Part shown: positions 1 through 13,429 of the stretch, piece by piece | Position numbering within the stretch: the first letter of the stretch is position 1 | How the letters are laid out: each line of letters starts with the position of its first letter | Assembly: GCA_964016885.1 (NCBI GenBank) | Contig: OZ024742.1 | Span: 315,766,001-315,830,000, forward strand | DNA from: Eledone cirrhosa | Lineage: Eukaryota | Length of the DNA: 64,000 nt | Direction of reading: 5' to 3' | Notes under the pieces: generated by a model | What the model was told of the DNA's origin: nothing | The model's database searches: none | What the model saw: the letters and a program-made list of their open reading frames with translations, nothing else | Translations under genes and position numbers: made by a program

Positions 1-1990
1 CTGCAATTGGCAGCAGAACGGGAGAATTCCTTGTTCTGTAGCCAAGGGCGTAGTCACGCTGGTGAGGAAGGACGAGAACAAGGGGGATAGTATAAATAAT
101 TTTCGGCCCATAACCCTGCTAAACACAGAGTTAAAGATTTTGGCCAAGGTGTTAGCAAAGAGGTTGGCGCTTGTGGTGGGTGGCCTGGTGGGAGATGCGC
201 AGGCATGTGCTATCCCATCCAGGTCCATTCACGATAACCTCCACCTCATGCGATACATCATAGAGAGGGTTGGCAACAAACCCGGCTTCGGTGGGGCCCT
301 GATCAACTTGGATCAGTCTAAGGCCTTCGATAGGGTCGACCATGGTTACCTGGATGCGGTGCTAGCGGCGGCTGGGTTCGGTCCTGTTTTCAGAGGCTGG
401 ATCACTGCCCTACATAGCAACCACATCTGTTCTAGGATCAAGGTGAACGGCTACCTTTCGAAGCCGTTCGAAATCACACGATCCATTCGACAGGGGTGCC
501 CTCTCTCCTCCCTTCTGTACGTATTGACTCTCGAGCCTTTACTGAGGAAGTTGGAGTTGTTGCAGGGTATCCCCCTGGAACCAGGATTGAGCAAAGCGGT
601 GTTGGCCTACGCCGATGACGTAACAGTAATGGTATCAACCGACTCGGAGATCGAGGCGATCGGTACCTTACTGGAGGAGTACGAAAGGTTGTCAGGAGCG
701 AAACTGAACCGGGAAAAATCCATCGGGCTGCAACTCGGAACGTGGAGAGGCAGACCGATGCCTCCTGACGGTGTCGTCGGACACTGGACGGAGGGCCCGG
801 TAAAGTTGCTTGGGGTCTGGTTTGGACCGGACCTCCAGGTGGAAAAGAACTGGAACGAGGTTACGAACAAGGTGTTTGCACTAACCCAGAAATGGGCCAA
901 GTGTAAGCTGTCCCTAAAAGGCCGGGCGGAGGTGGCGAACATTTACATAGCGTCCGTCACTTACTACCGCCTGACTGTCGTGCCTTGCCCTAAGGAAACA
1001 CTCACCACCATGGAACGCATGCTCTTCCAATTTCTTTGGAAGAAGCGTCCTCGTATGGTGAGAAGATCCATCTGCTGCCAACAACCTTCGAAAGGAGGGC
1101 TGGGGATGCCGTGGTTGATGATGCGTAGGCACGCATTAAGGCTACGGCACCTACAGGTATTCCTCACTGGTCAACCGGTGTGGGCTCCGTTCGTGAAACG
1201 AGCCTTTCCGAGACTCGTCTCGCTCACCGAGCTACAGTCCTGGGTCAAGCAAAGATCCGGAAAACTGGGAGACTGGCACACTGAGTGTGCTCAGGCGCTC
1301 AGGGCTCTCTGGCAAGCGGGCCAGGCCATCGGTGGAGAATCCACCTCAGCATTCTATAGAGGGCTGGTGGCTAGCAGGGGCGATGACACCCTTGGAGAGT
1401 CGCTGGACATGGAAGAAGACGAACTGGCCAGCCTGTTCGGTAGGACTTTCGGCCCAGGACCAATGGACAACTTCCAGAAGTCACTGGCCTGGCAGTGCTA
1501 CCGGGGGGCTCTACCCGTTCGAGAGAGGCTCTACAGACACGGGCGCCCGGGCAGGGATCCCTCAAAAAAGATTTGCCCTAGATGCGTGCGTCACGAAGAA
1601 ACCGTTGCGCACGCATTGGTGCAATGTCCGGGCGTGGCTGATCTGTGGGGCTACGCCGAACAACTGCTGTCGCGGGTGGCGCCGATTAAATTGACCGCCG
1701 AGTCCGTGATGACAATCAAACCGCCTCCCCTCTTCACAAAGGAAGCAAAGGCGGTTTTTCTGTGCGTAATAGCCATGTTGAAAGAGGTTGTTTGGTGGAC
1801 ACGATTGAAAGGTCTGAGGTCAGGCAACTTCCTCTCTGGCCATAGTCTGGTCTACTTCTTCCGATATCACTTCGGAAGAAGGATAAGAATGGAGAGAGAG
1901 GTGCTTGGCCACAGGCAGTTTTATGAAAGGTGGGTGATAGTGGCGAGAATGGCTCGTGTAAATGGGCCTTCTCTGTATACCATCCTGTAG
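1..1990 (+). CDS. Tx1-clade non-LTR retrotransposon ORF2 (copy A), RT plus C-terminal zinc-binding region; 5' part lies outside the window
   Basis: Open frame with NFRPITLLN, LDQSKAFDRV, IRQGCPLS, YADD and CPRC..ETVAHALVQC motifs typical of L1/Tx1 ORF2. Confidence 0.92.
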   Translation, partial: CNWQQNGRIPCSVAKGVVTLVRKDENKGDSINNFRPITLLNTELKILAKVLAKRLALVVGGLVGDAQACAIPSRSIHDNLHLMRYIIERVGNKPGFGGALINLDQSKAFDRVDHGYLDAVLAAAGFGPVFRGWITALHSNHICSRIKVNGYLSKPFEITRSIRQGCPLSSLLYVLTLEPLLRKLELLQGIPLEPGLSKAVLAYADDVTVMVSTDSEIEAIGTLLEEYERLSGAKLNREKSIGLQLGTWRGRPMPPDGVVGHWTEGPVKLLGVWFGPDLQVEKNWNEVTNKVFALTQKWAKCKLSLKGRAEVANIYIASVTYYRLTVVPCPKETLTTMERMLFQFLWKKRPRMVRRSICCQQPSKGGLGMPWLMMRRHALRLRHLQVFLTGQPVWAPFVKRAFPRLVSLTELQSWVKQRSGKLGDWHTECAQALRALWQAGQAIGGESTSAFYRGLVASRGDDTLGESLDMEEDELASLFGRTFGPGPMDNFQKSLAWQCYRGALPVRERLYRHGRPGRDPSKKICPRCVRHEETVAHALVQCPGVADLWGYAEQLLSRVAPIKLTAESVMTIKPPPLFTKEAKAVFLCVIAMLKEVVWWTRLKGLRSGNFLSGHSLVYFFRYHFGRRIRMEREVLGHRQFYERWVIVARMARVNGPSLYTIL

Positions 1991-2204
1991 GTAAAGAAGT
2001 AAAGGAGAGGGGAGCACCTTCTCCATGTGCGCCCCGGGCAAAGGATTGCACACTTTTTCGGGGGTGTGTGCAACCCCCATCACGTCCCCTCCCTTTTGAG
2101 GTTATTTTCGATTATTTTCATGTTACACCCTTTTTACTCGATTATATGTAAACTCCCCCTTTGTATTTGTCCCTTCTTTTTATGCCTTTATGGTAAATAA
2201 AGAA

Positions 2205-2275
<71 letters not shown>
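1..2275 (+). mobile_element. Tx1-like LINE copy A (3' part) with 3' UTR, AATAAA and (ATCT)n tail/target
   Basis: Stop at 1990, AATAAA at 2196-2201, (ATCT)n at 2205-2275. Confidence 0.9.
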
Positions 2276-3174
2276 ATTCTATAGAGGGTTGGTCCGCAGC
2301 AAGCGCGACGACGCGCTCGGTGAAACTCTAGGCGTAGAGGAAGATGAACTGGCCAGTCTGTTCGGTAGGACCTTCCGCCCGGGACCGATGGACAACTTCC
2401 AAAAGTCCCTGGCCTGGCAGTGCTACCGAGGAGCTCTACCAGTTCGAGACAAGCTCTACAGACATGGGCGCCCGGGCAGGGACCCTGCAAAAAAGATCTG
2501 TCCGAGGTGCGTGCAAGACGAAGAAACCGTCGCGCACGCATTCATACACTGCCCGGGCGTCACTGACCTGTGGGGCTATGTAGAACGACTATTGTCGCGG
2601 GTGGGACCAATCCAGTTGACCACCGAGTCCATTGTCATGATCAAACCGCCACCCTCCTTCAAAAACGAAGGAGATGCGGTTTTCCTTTGTGTGATAGCTA
2701 TGGCGAAAGAGGTTGTATGGTGGACAAGGTTGAAAGGGCTGAGGTCAGACACCTTTCTCTCCGGCCAACAACTGATTCTTTTTTTCAAATACCACTTTGG
2801 AAGAAGAATCAGGATGGAGAGAGAGGTGCTGTACCCCAGCAAGTTTTATGAAAGGTGGGTGAAAGTGGCGAGAATGGCCCGAGTGAATGGGCCTTCTCTC
2901 TATATCAGCCTGTAGGTTGAGGAAAAGGAGGAGGAGAGGAAAGGAGTACAAGCTCTTCGTACTCCTGGAATGAGGGTTGCACATTTTTTTTCGGGGGTAT
3001 GTGTTACCCATATAAACTGTCTCCCTCTATTGGAGAAAATCGACTAACTTTTAAATTCCATCTGTGATAACATTTTACACGTTTTTATTGTATGCAAACT
3101 TCCCCCTTTGTATTTGTCCCCTTCTTTTGTGCCCCTGTGGCTAATAAAGAAATATATCTATCTATCTCTCTATC
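2275..3174 (+). mobile_element. 5'-truncated Tx1-like LINE copy B
   Basis: Begins directly after (ATCT)n with CATTCTATAGAGGG (equivalent to about 1350 in copy A); ORF2 C-terminus stops at 2915; AATAAA 3143-3148; short ATCT tail. Confidence 0.9.
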
Positions 3175-3497
3175 AGACGCGTGTAACTTCGCGGAGAAGT
3201 TTCCGTTAATTTATGTAAGAAAAAAACGTGAGTTTTCAGTTAAATTTTATATTATTGTGTAACTCGAACCCCCATCTGGACCTTCAGGTGGTGGGTCAAC
3301 TCATGTTCGCCCCAACAGGGGCGAAATATTCGTTTGGAAAACTTTTTTTCCATCGAATTTTGGAAATAAAATATTATGAGTTTGATTACGTTATGAACGC
3401 TGCGTTCAACGATAATGGTGGTGGAGAGTCGGTAAGACTACAAAGCTCGCAGTCAACATCGTCTTCTTTCCTTTCCTTCTTAATAGATACTATTGAG

Positions 3498-5322
3498 ATG
3501 GAAAGACGATATGAAAATGTAAAAACAAATTCATATCCAAACAACACAAATGACACCAAACAGTTCAATGACAACAAAAATAACAGCAACACCAATAATG
3601 ATGATAAAAACAACAATGATAACAACAACAAAGAAAAAAATAAAGACAACACCAATAACACCAGCATCAAAGACAACAACAACACCAACACCAAGGAAAA
3701 TACGAATAATATCAACATCGGTGACAACAAGAATAACAACAACAATAACAACAATAATGACAACACCACCAACACGGATAATTCCACAAAGAAACCAAAA
3801 ATCTCCTTTGCACAGTCAGTTCAGAAAAAGGAGGAACTGACATATCTCGACATAACAAATGCCGAACAACTTTTAAAGGACGCTAGGAGATATGTCACTT
3901 TCTAAAAAAATGGTGCTTTCAGCATCAATTCTCCGGTAGAAATTCGCAAGGAAACTGCTCTCAAAACGATAGTTTTTAGGACAGTTTCCAATTCTACCCG
4001 AAAACCAGTCCAATTGTCACAGAAAGAAATTGAAATGGTTTTCAAAAATTCAATGAATGATATTGCATTCATTCAAAGAAGCAAACTTTTTGGGAGTATT
4101 TCGGTACTCATGATGGATCAATTGACGGCCCAAAATTACTCTGTGTCGCCAATTGTATCCAACCTGAACACCTTTTTCCCTACATACATGGGAAAAAGGA
4201 CACAAAAGATCAAAATCACGAGTGTCACACCAAAGGTGAACATATGGTGGATACTGTGCCGCTTCATCAATTTTGATGAAGACAGAATACTGTCAGTAGG
4301 AAAGTCCCCCAGAGATGTATTCAATGGGACTAGCATTGAAGTTCTGGTGCAAATGAGCCCAGAGCGAATAGCTATGATCCCACAACGTGTACTCCTGGAC
4401 GGACTCACCTACATAAACTTTTCGGTTGAGGGTAGGCGGCCTTCATGTTACCATTGCTTTAGCAGGGGTCATCTGAGGGCTTCCTGTCCTAAATTAATGA
4501 ATAAAAAAAGGCTCTTCTGCCGACACCCATCAAAACAACACAACCACCAACACCACCACAACAACAACAACACCAACAAACAAAAATAACCACAACAAAC
4601 ACAGTCCCACCCAACCCCACTCCACCTAAAACCACTGCAAAATCACATACAGACACAACAGCTCCCCAAGACATACCCCTCCCCAATCACACAGACGATA
4701 CAACAGATGAGGCTATCTCGCCATCACCCAGTGAAGACGAGGGAGAACCCCATCGCTCGAAAAGAAAGAAAAGACATCACAAAAGCAAAAAACCAGCAAA
4801 CACTACCACAAACATACAACCACCAACACAAACAACAAAAACATCACAAACAAAACCCCCACCTCCTGAAAACAAAATTCCTACAACAAAACGAAAGCAC
4901 ACACAAGAACTACAGAAAAAAACAAACACAACACAAGAAAATTACACTTACACTTACATAAACACTGAAAACAAAACACTAATGGAGACCATCACGAACG
5001 ACCCTTCGGTGAAAACCGAAGGGAAAACTTTCGCCCACTCTATTAAAAATAACATAAAACTGAACCTAAAACTGATTAGGGTCCTATACAAACTTATAGG
5101 TCCCTAAAAGAAACATTTGAGAAGGATGTGGGGAATTCCTGCGTGAAACCACTTAACCGCGTCCTTCTCAAATTTCTCCCCACCCCAGACACCCCCATCC
5201 CACCATACCCCACCCCACCAAACATTTCCGTCCCCCCCCCCGGAAACCACCACCCATCCAGACAACCCCTCCAACACCCGCATGGAAATCGTGCAGCCTG
5301 GTGCCCAGGAGACGAAGGGTGA
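3498..5322 (+). pseudogene. Tx1 ORF1 (Asn-rich N-terminus, CCHC zinc knuckle), disrupted
   Basis: Fragments in several frames; CYHCFSRGHLRASC knuckle near 4446-4487; homologous to ORF1 at 22626-24272. Confidence 0.8.
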
Positions 5323-5359
5323 GTGATCTCTTTTCCTCTTTTAACTTTTCAGCACCAAC

Positions 5360-8300
5360 ATGGCCAATATAAGAATTGGATGTGTGAACGTACGCGGCCT
5401 GGGGATGCCCTGGAAACAGAGCAAACTCTTAAACGACCTCAGGTCGCACAGTATGGATGTGGTAGCCATTTGCGAGTCCAGGATCCACAGCGAGCGACAG
5501 CTGGCTCCCATCTTCGATGACTTTGAGATCTACGCATCTCTCTGTCAACCGGAGGGTGGGGGCGGAGTTGCCGTTTTGCTGCGGAAACACCTGGGCCTCG
5601 TAACACAAACGGTACATCTGGACCCGGAGGGTCGACTGGTGGTCCTAGACGTTGATGGTAGTGAAGGTGGAGCCTTCAGGCTGGTGGTCGCATATGCCCC
5701 ATCCGGGACACCGCGGCCAGACATCTTCAAACGTCTAGAGACTTTTCTGGGAACGTTCCGCTCCTTGCTTTTAGTGGGGGACTGGAATGGAATCCTAGAT
5801 GCACATTGGGACTATATAGGAGCATGTCCCGATAAAGGGGGGTGTAACAGCCTCAAACAGTTAATCGACAGATTTGACCTGGCCGATAGATATCGACTAG
5901 ATTTTCCGACTGCGCCACTGTGGACGTGGACTAATCGCAGCGGAACATCTAGATCGTACCTAGATAGGGTTCTAGTTAGAAATAAGGATAGGGACATATT
6001 AAGCTGTCCACAAATGTTCATGGTTGCCTATTCAGATCACAAAGTAGTGACCTGCATGTTCAACCTTGATAGAACCCATAGACAAGGACCGGGCTACTGG
6101 AAGCTGAACTTATCGTTATCGACATGCAAAGCCTACAGTAGACGGATTAGCACTTTAGTTAAACAGCACTTGACAGGGGCCATTGTCAACAACAGATGGT
6201 GGTACTCTCTCAAGAGGGCAGTTAGATTAGACTCGATAGTTTTTAGTAAAGAATTAGCGTTAGATAGAAATAGAACCGAGAAGGAACTGGTAGAAGAGGC
6301 AATTAGAAGTGGAAACGTAGCCAGCGTGCTAGCAACGAGAACGGCCTTGGACCAGTTCTTCGACGCAAAGCACGAGGGCTGCGTTGTCAGAAGCAAAATA
6401 CGTGCTCTGGGAAACGAGGGAGCCAAAGCTGTTAGCTGGACCCGAGTGACGGAGGCAAAAAGTGGCAACAAGTCCACGATTCGGTCTTTGAAGGACCAAA
6501 ACGGACGCGTGATACGTGAGCCGAAGCAGATGTGTGCGGCCTTTCAGCGGCACTTTGCTCAACTGTTCGGGAGGGGCGGCGCGCCGGGAGGGACTATGGA
6601 TTTCGGTCCATACCTCGACGGCCTACCGCGACTCTCGGACAGCGAGGCAAAGTTCTGCGAAAAGCCGATTTCAGCCGCTGAGATAGCAAATCTCCAGGTC
6701 TCGACGGTCTACCCTACGAATTTACGTAGCAATGCCGGACTTATTCTCCGGTCTCCTGGAAGCGGTCTACTGCAAGTGGCAACAGAACGGGAGAATTCCC
6801 AGTTCTGTGACCGGGGGCGTGGTCACACTAATCAGGAAGGACGAGAATAAGGGGGATGACATAGGCAACTTCTGGCCCATAACTCTGCTAAACACAGAGT
6901 TACAGATTTTGGCCAAGGTGTTGGCAAAGAGGCAGGCGCTTGTCGTCGAGAACCTGGTGGGAGAAGCGCAGACATGCGTAATCCCGACCAGGTCCATACA
7001 CGACAACCTCCACCTCATGCGATACATCATAGAGAGGGTTGGGTGTAAACCCGGCTTCGGTGAACCCCTGATCAAGTTGGATCAGTCTAAGGCTTTCGAT
7101 AGGGTTGACCATCGTTAGCTGGATGCGGTGCTCGAGGCTCCAGGCTTCGGACCCGTGTTCAAGGGCTGGATTGCTGCAATACATAACAGCAACATCTGCT
7201 CAAGGGTCAAGGTGAACGGCTAATTCTCGGAGCCGTTCCATATTACGCGATCCATTCGACAGGGATGCCCTCTCTCTTCCCTTCTGTACGTACTGACTCT
7301 CGAGCCACTACTGCGGAAGTTGGAGCTATTGCAGGGCATCCCTCTGGAACCGGGACTGCGGAAAGCGGCGTCGACGTGACAGTAATGGTGTCGAGCGCCT
7401 CACAAATCGAGGAAGTCGGCACCTTACTGAAGGAATACGAAAGTTTCAGAGGAGCGAAGCTGAACCGGGACAAGTCCATCGGTTTGCAACTCGGATCGTG
7501 GAGAGGCAAACCGATGCCTTCCGATGGCGTCGTCGGACGCTGGACGGAAGGACCGGTAAAGTTGCTCGGGCTCTGGTTTGGTCCGGACCTCCAGGTGGAG
7601 AAGAACTGGAACGAAGTGACGGCCAAGGTGTTTGCACTCACCCAGAAGTGGGCGGAGTGCAAACTATCCTTGAAAGGTCGAGTGGAGGTGGCGAACACTT
7701 TTATAGCGTCCGTCATCTACTACCGCTTGACCGTCGTGCCTGTCCAGCCAAAACGCTCGCCAAATTGGAGCGCGCGCTCTTACAATTCCTTTGGAAGAGG
7801 CGGGCTCCTTTGGTGAGAAGATCCATCTGCTGCCAACACCCTTCTAACGAAGGGCTGGGGATGCCGTGGTTGACGATGCGCAAACACGCGCTCAGGCTGC
7901 GGCATCTCTACGTATTCCTCACCGGACAACCGGTGTGGGCCCCGTTCGTGAGGCGAGCCTTCCTACGACTCGTCTCGCTGACCGAGCTGCAGTCCTGGGT
8001 CAAGCAAAGACCGAGGAAAATGGGCGACTGGCACATCGAATGTGCTCAGGCGCTCACAGCCCTCTGGCAGGCGGACCCGGCGATCAGTGGTTCGGTCCAG
8101 ACCTCCAGGTGGAGAAAAACTGGAACGAGGTCACGGCCAAGGTGTTTGCACTCACCCAGAAGTGGGCAGAGTGCAAACTGTCCTTGAAAGGTCGAGCGGA
8201 GGTGGCGAACACTTTCATAGCGTCCGTCATCTACTACCGCTTGACTGTCGTGCCTTGTCCCCGTGAACACCTCGCCAAGATGGAACGCATGCTCTTCCAG

Positions 8301-9263
8301 TTTCTGTGGAAGAAGCAGGCTCCGCTGGTGAGGAGATCTGTCTGCTGTCAGCACCCTTCCAACGGAGGGCTGGGAATGCCGTGGCTGATGATGCGCAAAC
8401 ATGCGCTGAGGCTGCGGCATCTCCAGGTATTCCTCACCGACCCCCAACCGGTGTGGGCACCGTTTGTGAGACGGGCTTTCCCACAGCTCGTCTCGCTAAC
8501 GGAGCTGCAGTCCTGGGTGAAGAATAGACCGAAAACGATGGGCGCCTGGCACATTGAATGCGCTCAGGCGCTCACAGTCCTCTGGCAAGCGGGCGCAGCA
8601 ATCAGTGGAGACTCCACTTCGACATTCTATAGAGGGATTGTACGTTACAAGGGCGACGACGTGCTCGAAGAGACTCTGGGCGTCGAAGACGATGAGCTCA
8701 CCAGTATGTTTGGTAGGACTTTCCGCCCGGGACCTATGGACAACTTCCAGAGGTCCCTGGCCTGGCAGTGCTACCGAGGAGCTCTACCGGTTCGTGACAA
8801 GATCTACAGGCACGGACGCCCTGGCAGGGATCCTTCCAAGAGGACGTGTCCAAGATGTGCGCAGGACATTGAAACAGTTCTGCACGCAATTGTACACTGC
8901 CCGGGCGTAAGCGACCTGTGGAACTATGCAGAACAACTGCTGTCGCGTATGGGACAAATACAGTTGACTGCCGAGTCCATAGTAAGGATCAAACCGCCAG
9001 ACTCTTTCAAAAACGAAAGAGAGGCGGTTTTCCTCTGTACGGTGGCTATGGTGAAAGAAGTTATATGGTGGACGAGGTTGAGAGGACTGAGGACAGATGC
9101 CTTTCTCTCCGGACAACAATTGATTCCCTTCTTTAAGTATCACGTTAGAAGGAGAATCAGGGTGGAGAGAGAGGCACTGCACCCCAGTAAATTTACTGGA
9201 AGGTGGGTGAATGAAGCGAAAATGGCCCGAGTGATTGGGCCTTCTCTGTTTATAAGCCTGTAG
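5360..9263 (+). pseudogene. Tx1 ORF2 (APE endonuclease + RT + zinc-binding region), with frameshifts and stops
   Basis: NVRGL, CES, YAP, GDWN, SYLDR, SDH endonuclease motifs, then GPGYWKLN and broken RT fragments. Confidence 0.9.
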
Positions 9264-9594
9264 GTTGAGGAAGAGAGCAAAAGGAAGAAAGGAGCACTTG
9301 CACAACACGCTCCTTGAGTTGAGGGTTGTTCTATCGACGGGGTATTAAACAACCCATTTGTGGCGCCTCCCCCCTATTGGGGATTTCGATTGTTGTAATT
9401 GTTTGTTTTTATATTTTTTTACACGACTGTATGTAAAATCCCCGGCATGTCTTTGTATTGTCCCCTTTCTTGTTGCGCCCTTGTGGCTAATAAAGAAATC
9501 TATCTATCTATCTATGAAACATATCTATCTTCCTACCTACCCATTACCCTCAAACAATGTGTCACACATATAATCTTAGTCCTCAAAAACCTTT

Positions 9595-9597
<3 letters not shown>

Positions 9598-9640
<43 letters not shown>

Positions 9641-9666
9641 GCACACGCACACGCACACGCACACGC

Positions 9667-9729
<63 letters not shown>
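9598..9729. repeat. Compound (CT)n/(CA)n/(CACACG)n microsatellite
   Basis: Direct sequence. Confidence 0.95.
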
Positions 9730-9730
<1 letters not shown>

Positions 9731-9759
9731 TCTATTCTATTATTCTATTATGTATTCCA

Positions 9760-10120
9760 TCCGACAAACTGAGTCCATGCTGGGGTGCCACCATTGACGC
9801 TATTCTTTATACAGCCAGCCATCCTTGGTTGGCCATTAATGCAAAAGGGAGTTTGTTGCTGCCACCCTTATTTGCTCTGCACCCCATGCTGAGGGTTCAT
9901 CCGGCATCTTGGTTAGCAGAATGTCTTGAAAGCATCTACATGTACACCACGTATATCTCTCAGATTTTTGGCAGCTTATTAAAGAGCTGGGATCGTTTGA
10001 ACCCCAGGCTATTGCAGTATGTGGTCCTTTTTCTTCATGCAAAAAATGGGGCCCTTGGCACTACACAGTTGCGTCTTTTTCATGGGCTGGTTCAGGTCTC
10101 AATTAGTAAAATTTGGTAAA
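9760..10120 (-). mobile_element. Old 3' fragment of a CR1/L2-group LINE
   Basis: Minus-strand translation across frameshifts gives NSLGFKRSQLFNKLPKNLRDI..DAFK..MPDEP..AATNSLLH, a typical C-terminus for this group. Confidence 0.6.
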
Positions 10121-10349
10121 TAATAGTGAAGGAGTCAGAGTATTCAGTCCGTATGACGAGGTATGTACAATGAGTTCTAGAATGATCTCACCAGGCAAAT
10201 ACTCGCGTTTCGTTAGTTATGCCAACTTATTCAGTCTGCCATTACAAAATGGCAGACTGAATAATTGGTAAATGGCTAACGAATCTCGAGATTATACCTA
10301 ACATCATCGCTGTAGAACTAATTGTACATGTATATATATATATATATAC

Positions 10350-10490
10350 ATAGGAAAAGAGTCAGGACCCCGACGGCTGAGCTCCGGCCGTTTCGACAGC
10401 TAGATCTGAAATATTACCCACTCTACTACCCTAAGTATCGAGTACTCTTGTGCGTTATGGTCCACCTGGTTCCTTACCACACTCCCTTCA
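10350..10490. mobile_element. Small (TA)n-flanked element fragment; family also at 16360-16565, 47500-48150 and degenerate at 13150-13330
   Basis: Shared GACCCCGACGGCTGAGCTC..GCCGTTTCGAC and TACCCACTCTACTACCCTAAGTA sequence. Confidence 0.7.
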
Positions 10491-10496
10491 TTATAT

Positions 10497-10920
<424 letters not shown>

Positions 10921-10979
10921 TTAAGCTCTGTTACCTACATAGAGCACTCTTTTTTCTTGGACTTTTCCGACGGAATTAC

Positions 10980-11012
<33 letters not shown>

Positions 11013-11014
<2 letters not shown>

Positions 11015-11995
11015 TAAAATAACAGATTAAAGTTTAAGCAAAGAGTCGCTGCTTTCACCCTTAACGGGATCTTCTGAAACTAACAAAGTCAATCTGTGAA
11101 CGCAGAAGTGAATATTTCAAAAAACGTTGCAACCGGAGGAAGACAGGAAGACGATACTTTGGTTCGTGGAAACGTTCCCTGGCAACGAACGGGAAAAAAC
11201 GAATATAATACGTCATTATTTGGAGCGGTGAAGAACAATTACACGCAAAGACAAAACCACGTTTATGGTATAAAAGAAGTCGTAGACTAATATTCTATTA
11301 GGTGGTTCATAGAGACGTTCTCTGGCAATGAACGGAAAAAACGAAGATATTACGTCATATGTGGAGCGGAGAGAACAATTGCACGCAAAGACAAAACCAC
11401 GTAAATAGTATAACTGAAGTCGTAGACTAAAATTCTAACTAGGAAACCGAATGATTCTTGGCTTCAGAGTTAAGAGTAAAGTAAATAAAATACAGAGGTA
11501 ATTGAAATTAAATAAATACATACACGCATCCATATACGTACATACACAAGCATACGCGAAAACACTCGCCATAGGTATACAAATACACGCACGTACACCC
11601 CCCCCCCTCCAAAAAAAAAGCCCGCACGCACATACAGAACCCACGCAACGAATGTATACACCAAATACACATAAAAATATATATAAAAAAAAAAAATATA
11701 TATATATGTGTGTGCGTGTATACATATAATTAAATAAACGTGATTTTGTCTTCGCGTGTAATTGTTTTCACTGCACCAAATAATGACGTATTATCTTCGT
11801 TTTTTCTGTTTTTTTCTGTTCTTTGCCAGGGAACGTTTCCACGAACCAAGGTATCGTCTTCCTGTCTTCCTTCGGTTGCAACGTTTTTTGAAATATTTAC
11901 TTCTGCGTTCACAGATTGACTTTTTTAATTTCAGAAGATCCCGTTAAGGGTGAAAGCAGCGATTCTTTGCTTACACTTTAATCTGTTATTTTAAT
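11013..11995. mobile_element. (TA)n-flanked element with inverted arms of about 250 bp and an internal tandem duplication; family also at 20330-20515
   Basis: 11013-11265 vs 11730-11995 reverse complement; about 11150-11300 repeated at about 11300-11435. Confidence 0.8.
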
Positions 11996-12012
11996 ATATA
12001 TATCCATATATC

Positions 12013-12054
12013 CTGATGATTTCTAAAGAATGAAACAGTTCTAGTCCTGTAGAA
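12013..12054 (+). ncRNA. Hammerhead ribozyme motif (5' strand of stem I truncated)
   Basis: CTGATGA-TTTCTAAAGAAT-GAAA-CAG ttctagtc CTG-TA; same family at 39430-39478 (-) and 42079-42117 (+). Confidence 0.65.
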
Positions 12055-12082
12055 TCTCATCTATATTAAAACTATATATATA

Positions 12083-13116
<1,034 letters not shown>

Positions 13117-13429
13117 TTAGAACCAGTTTTAAACTAGTTAGACCATTGTTCCACAGAGTACTCGATATTTGGGATAATAGAGTATGGCTATTTGCCATTT
13201 CAAAGGCTAGTTCCAGACAGTTAGTCAAAAAGGCTCATGGCTGACTAGCCACCATGAGCCCTTTTGGCTAACACTCTGGAAATTGCCGTTAAAAGGGCAA
13301 GAGCCCAGTCATCGGGCCTGATTCTTTATACTTTATACTTTATAATATATATATATATATTAGAAAGTGAGGTTTTTTTTTACAAAATAAAAAATAACCG
13401 AGGTGTCCTACACGAGTGAAAGTATAAAG

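Larger units (their letters stand above)
3175..9515 (+). mobile_element. Full-length but decayed and chimeric Tx1-like LINE (copy C plus 3' segment D)
   Basis: 5' UTR, ORF1, ORF2, internal back-jump at about 8088, AATAAA 9489-9494, ATCT tail. Confidence 0.88.

Noticed and set aside
2190-2275. N-terminal IYLS repeats of ORF 2190-2915 and poly-I start of ORF 20876
   Set aside because: Read-through of the microsatellite junction into a 5'-truncated LINE, not a real N-terminus
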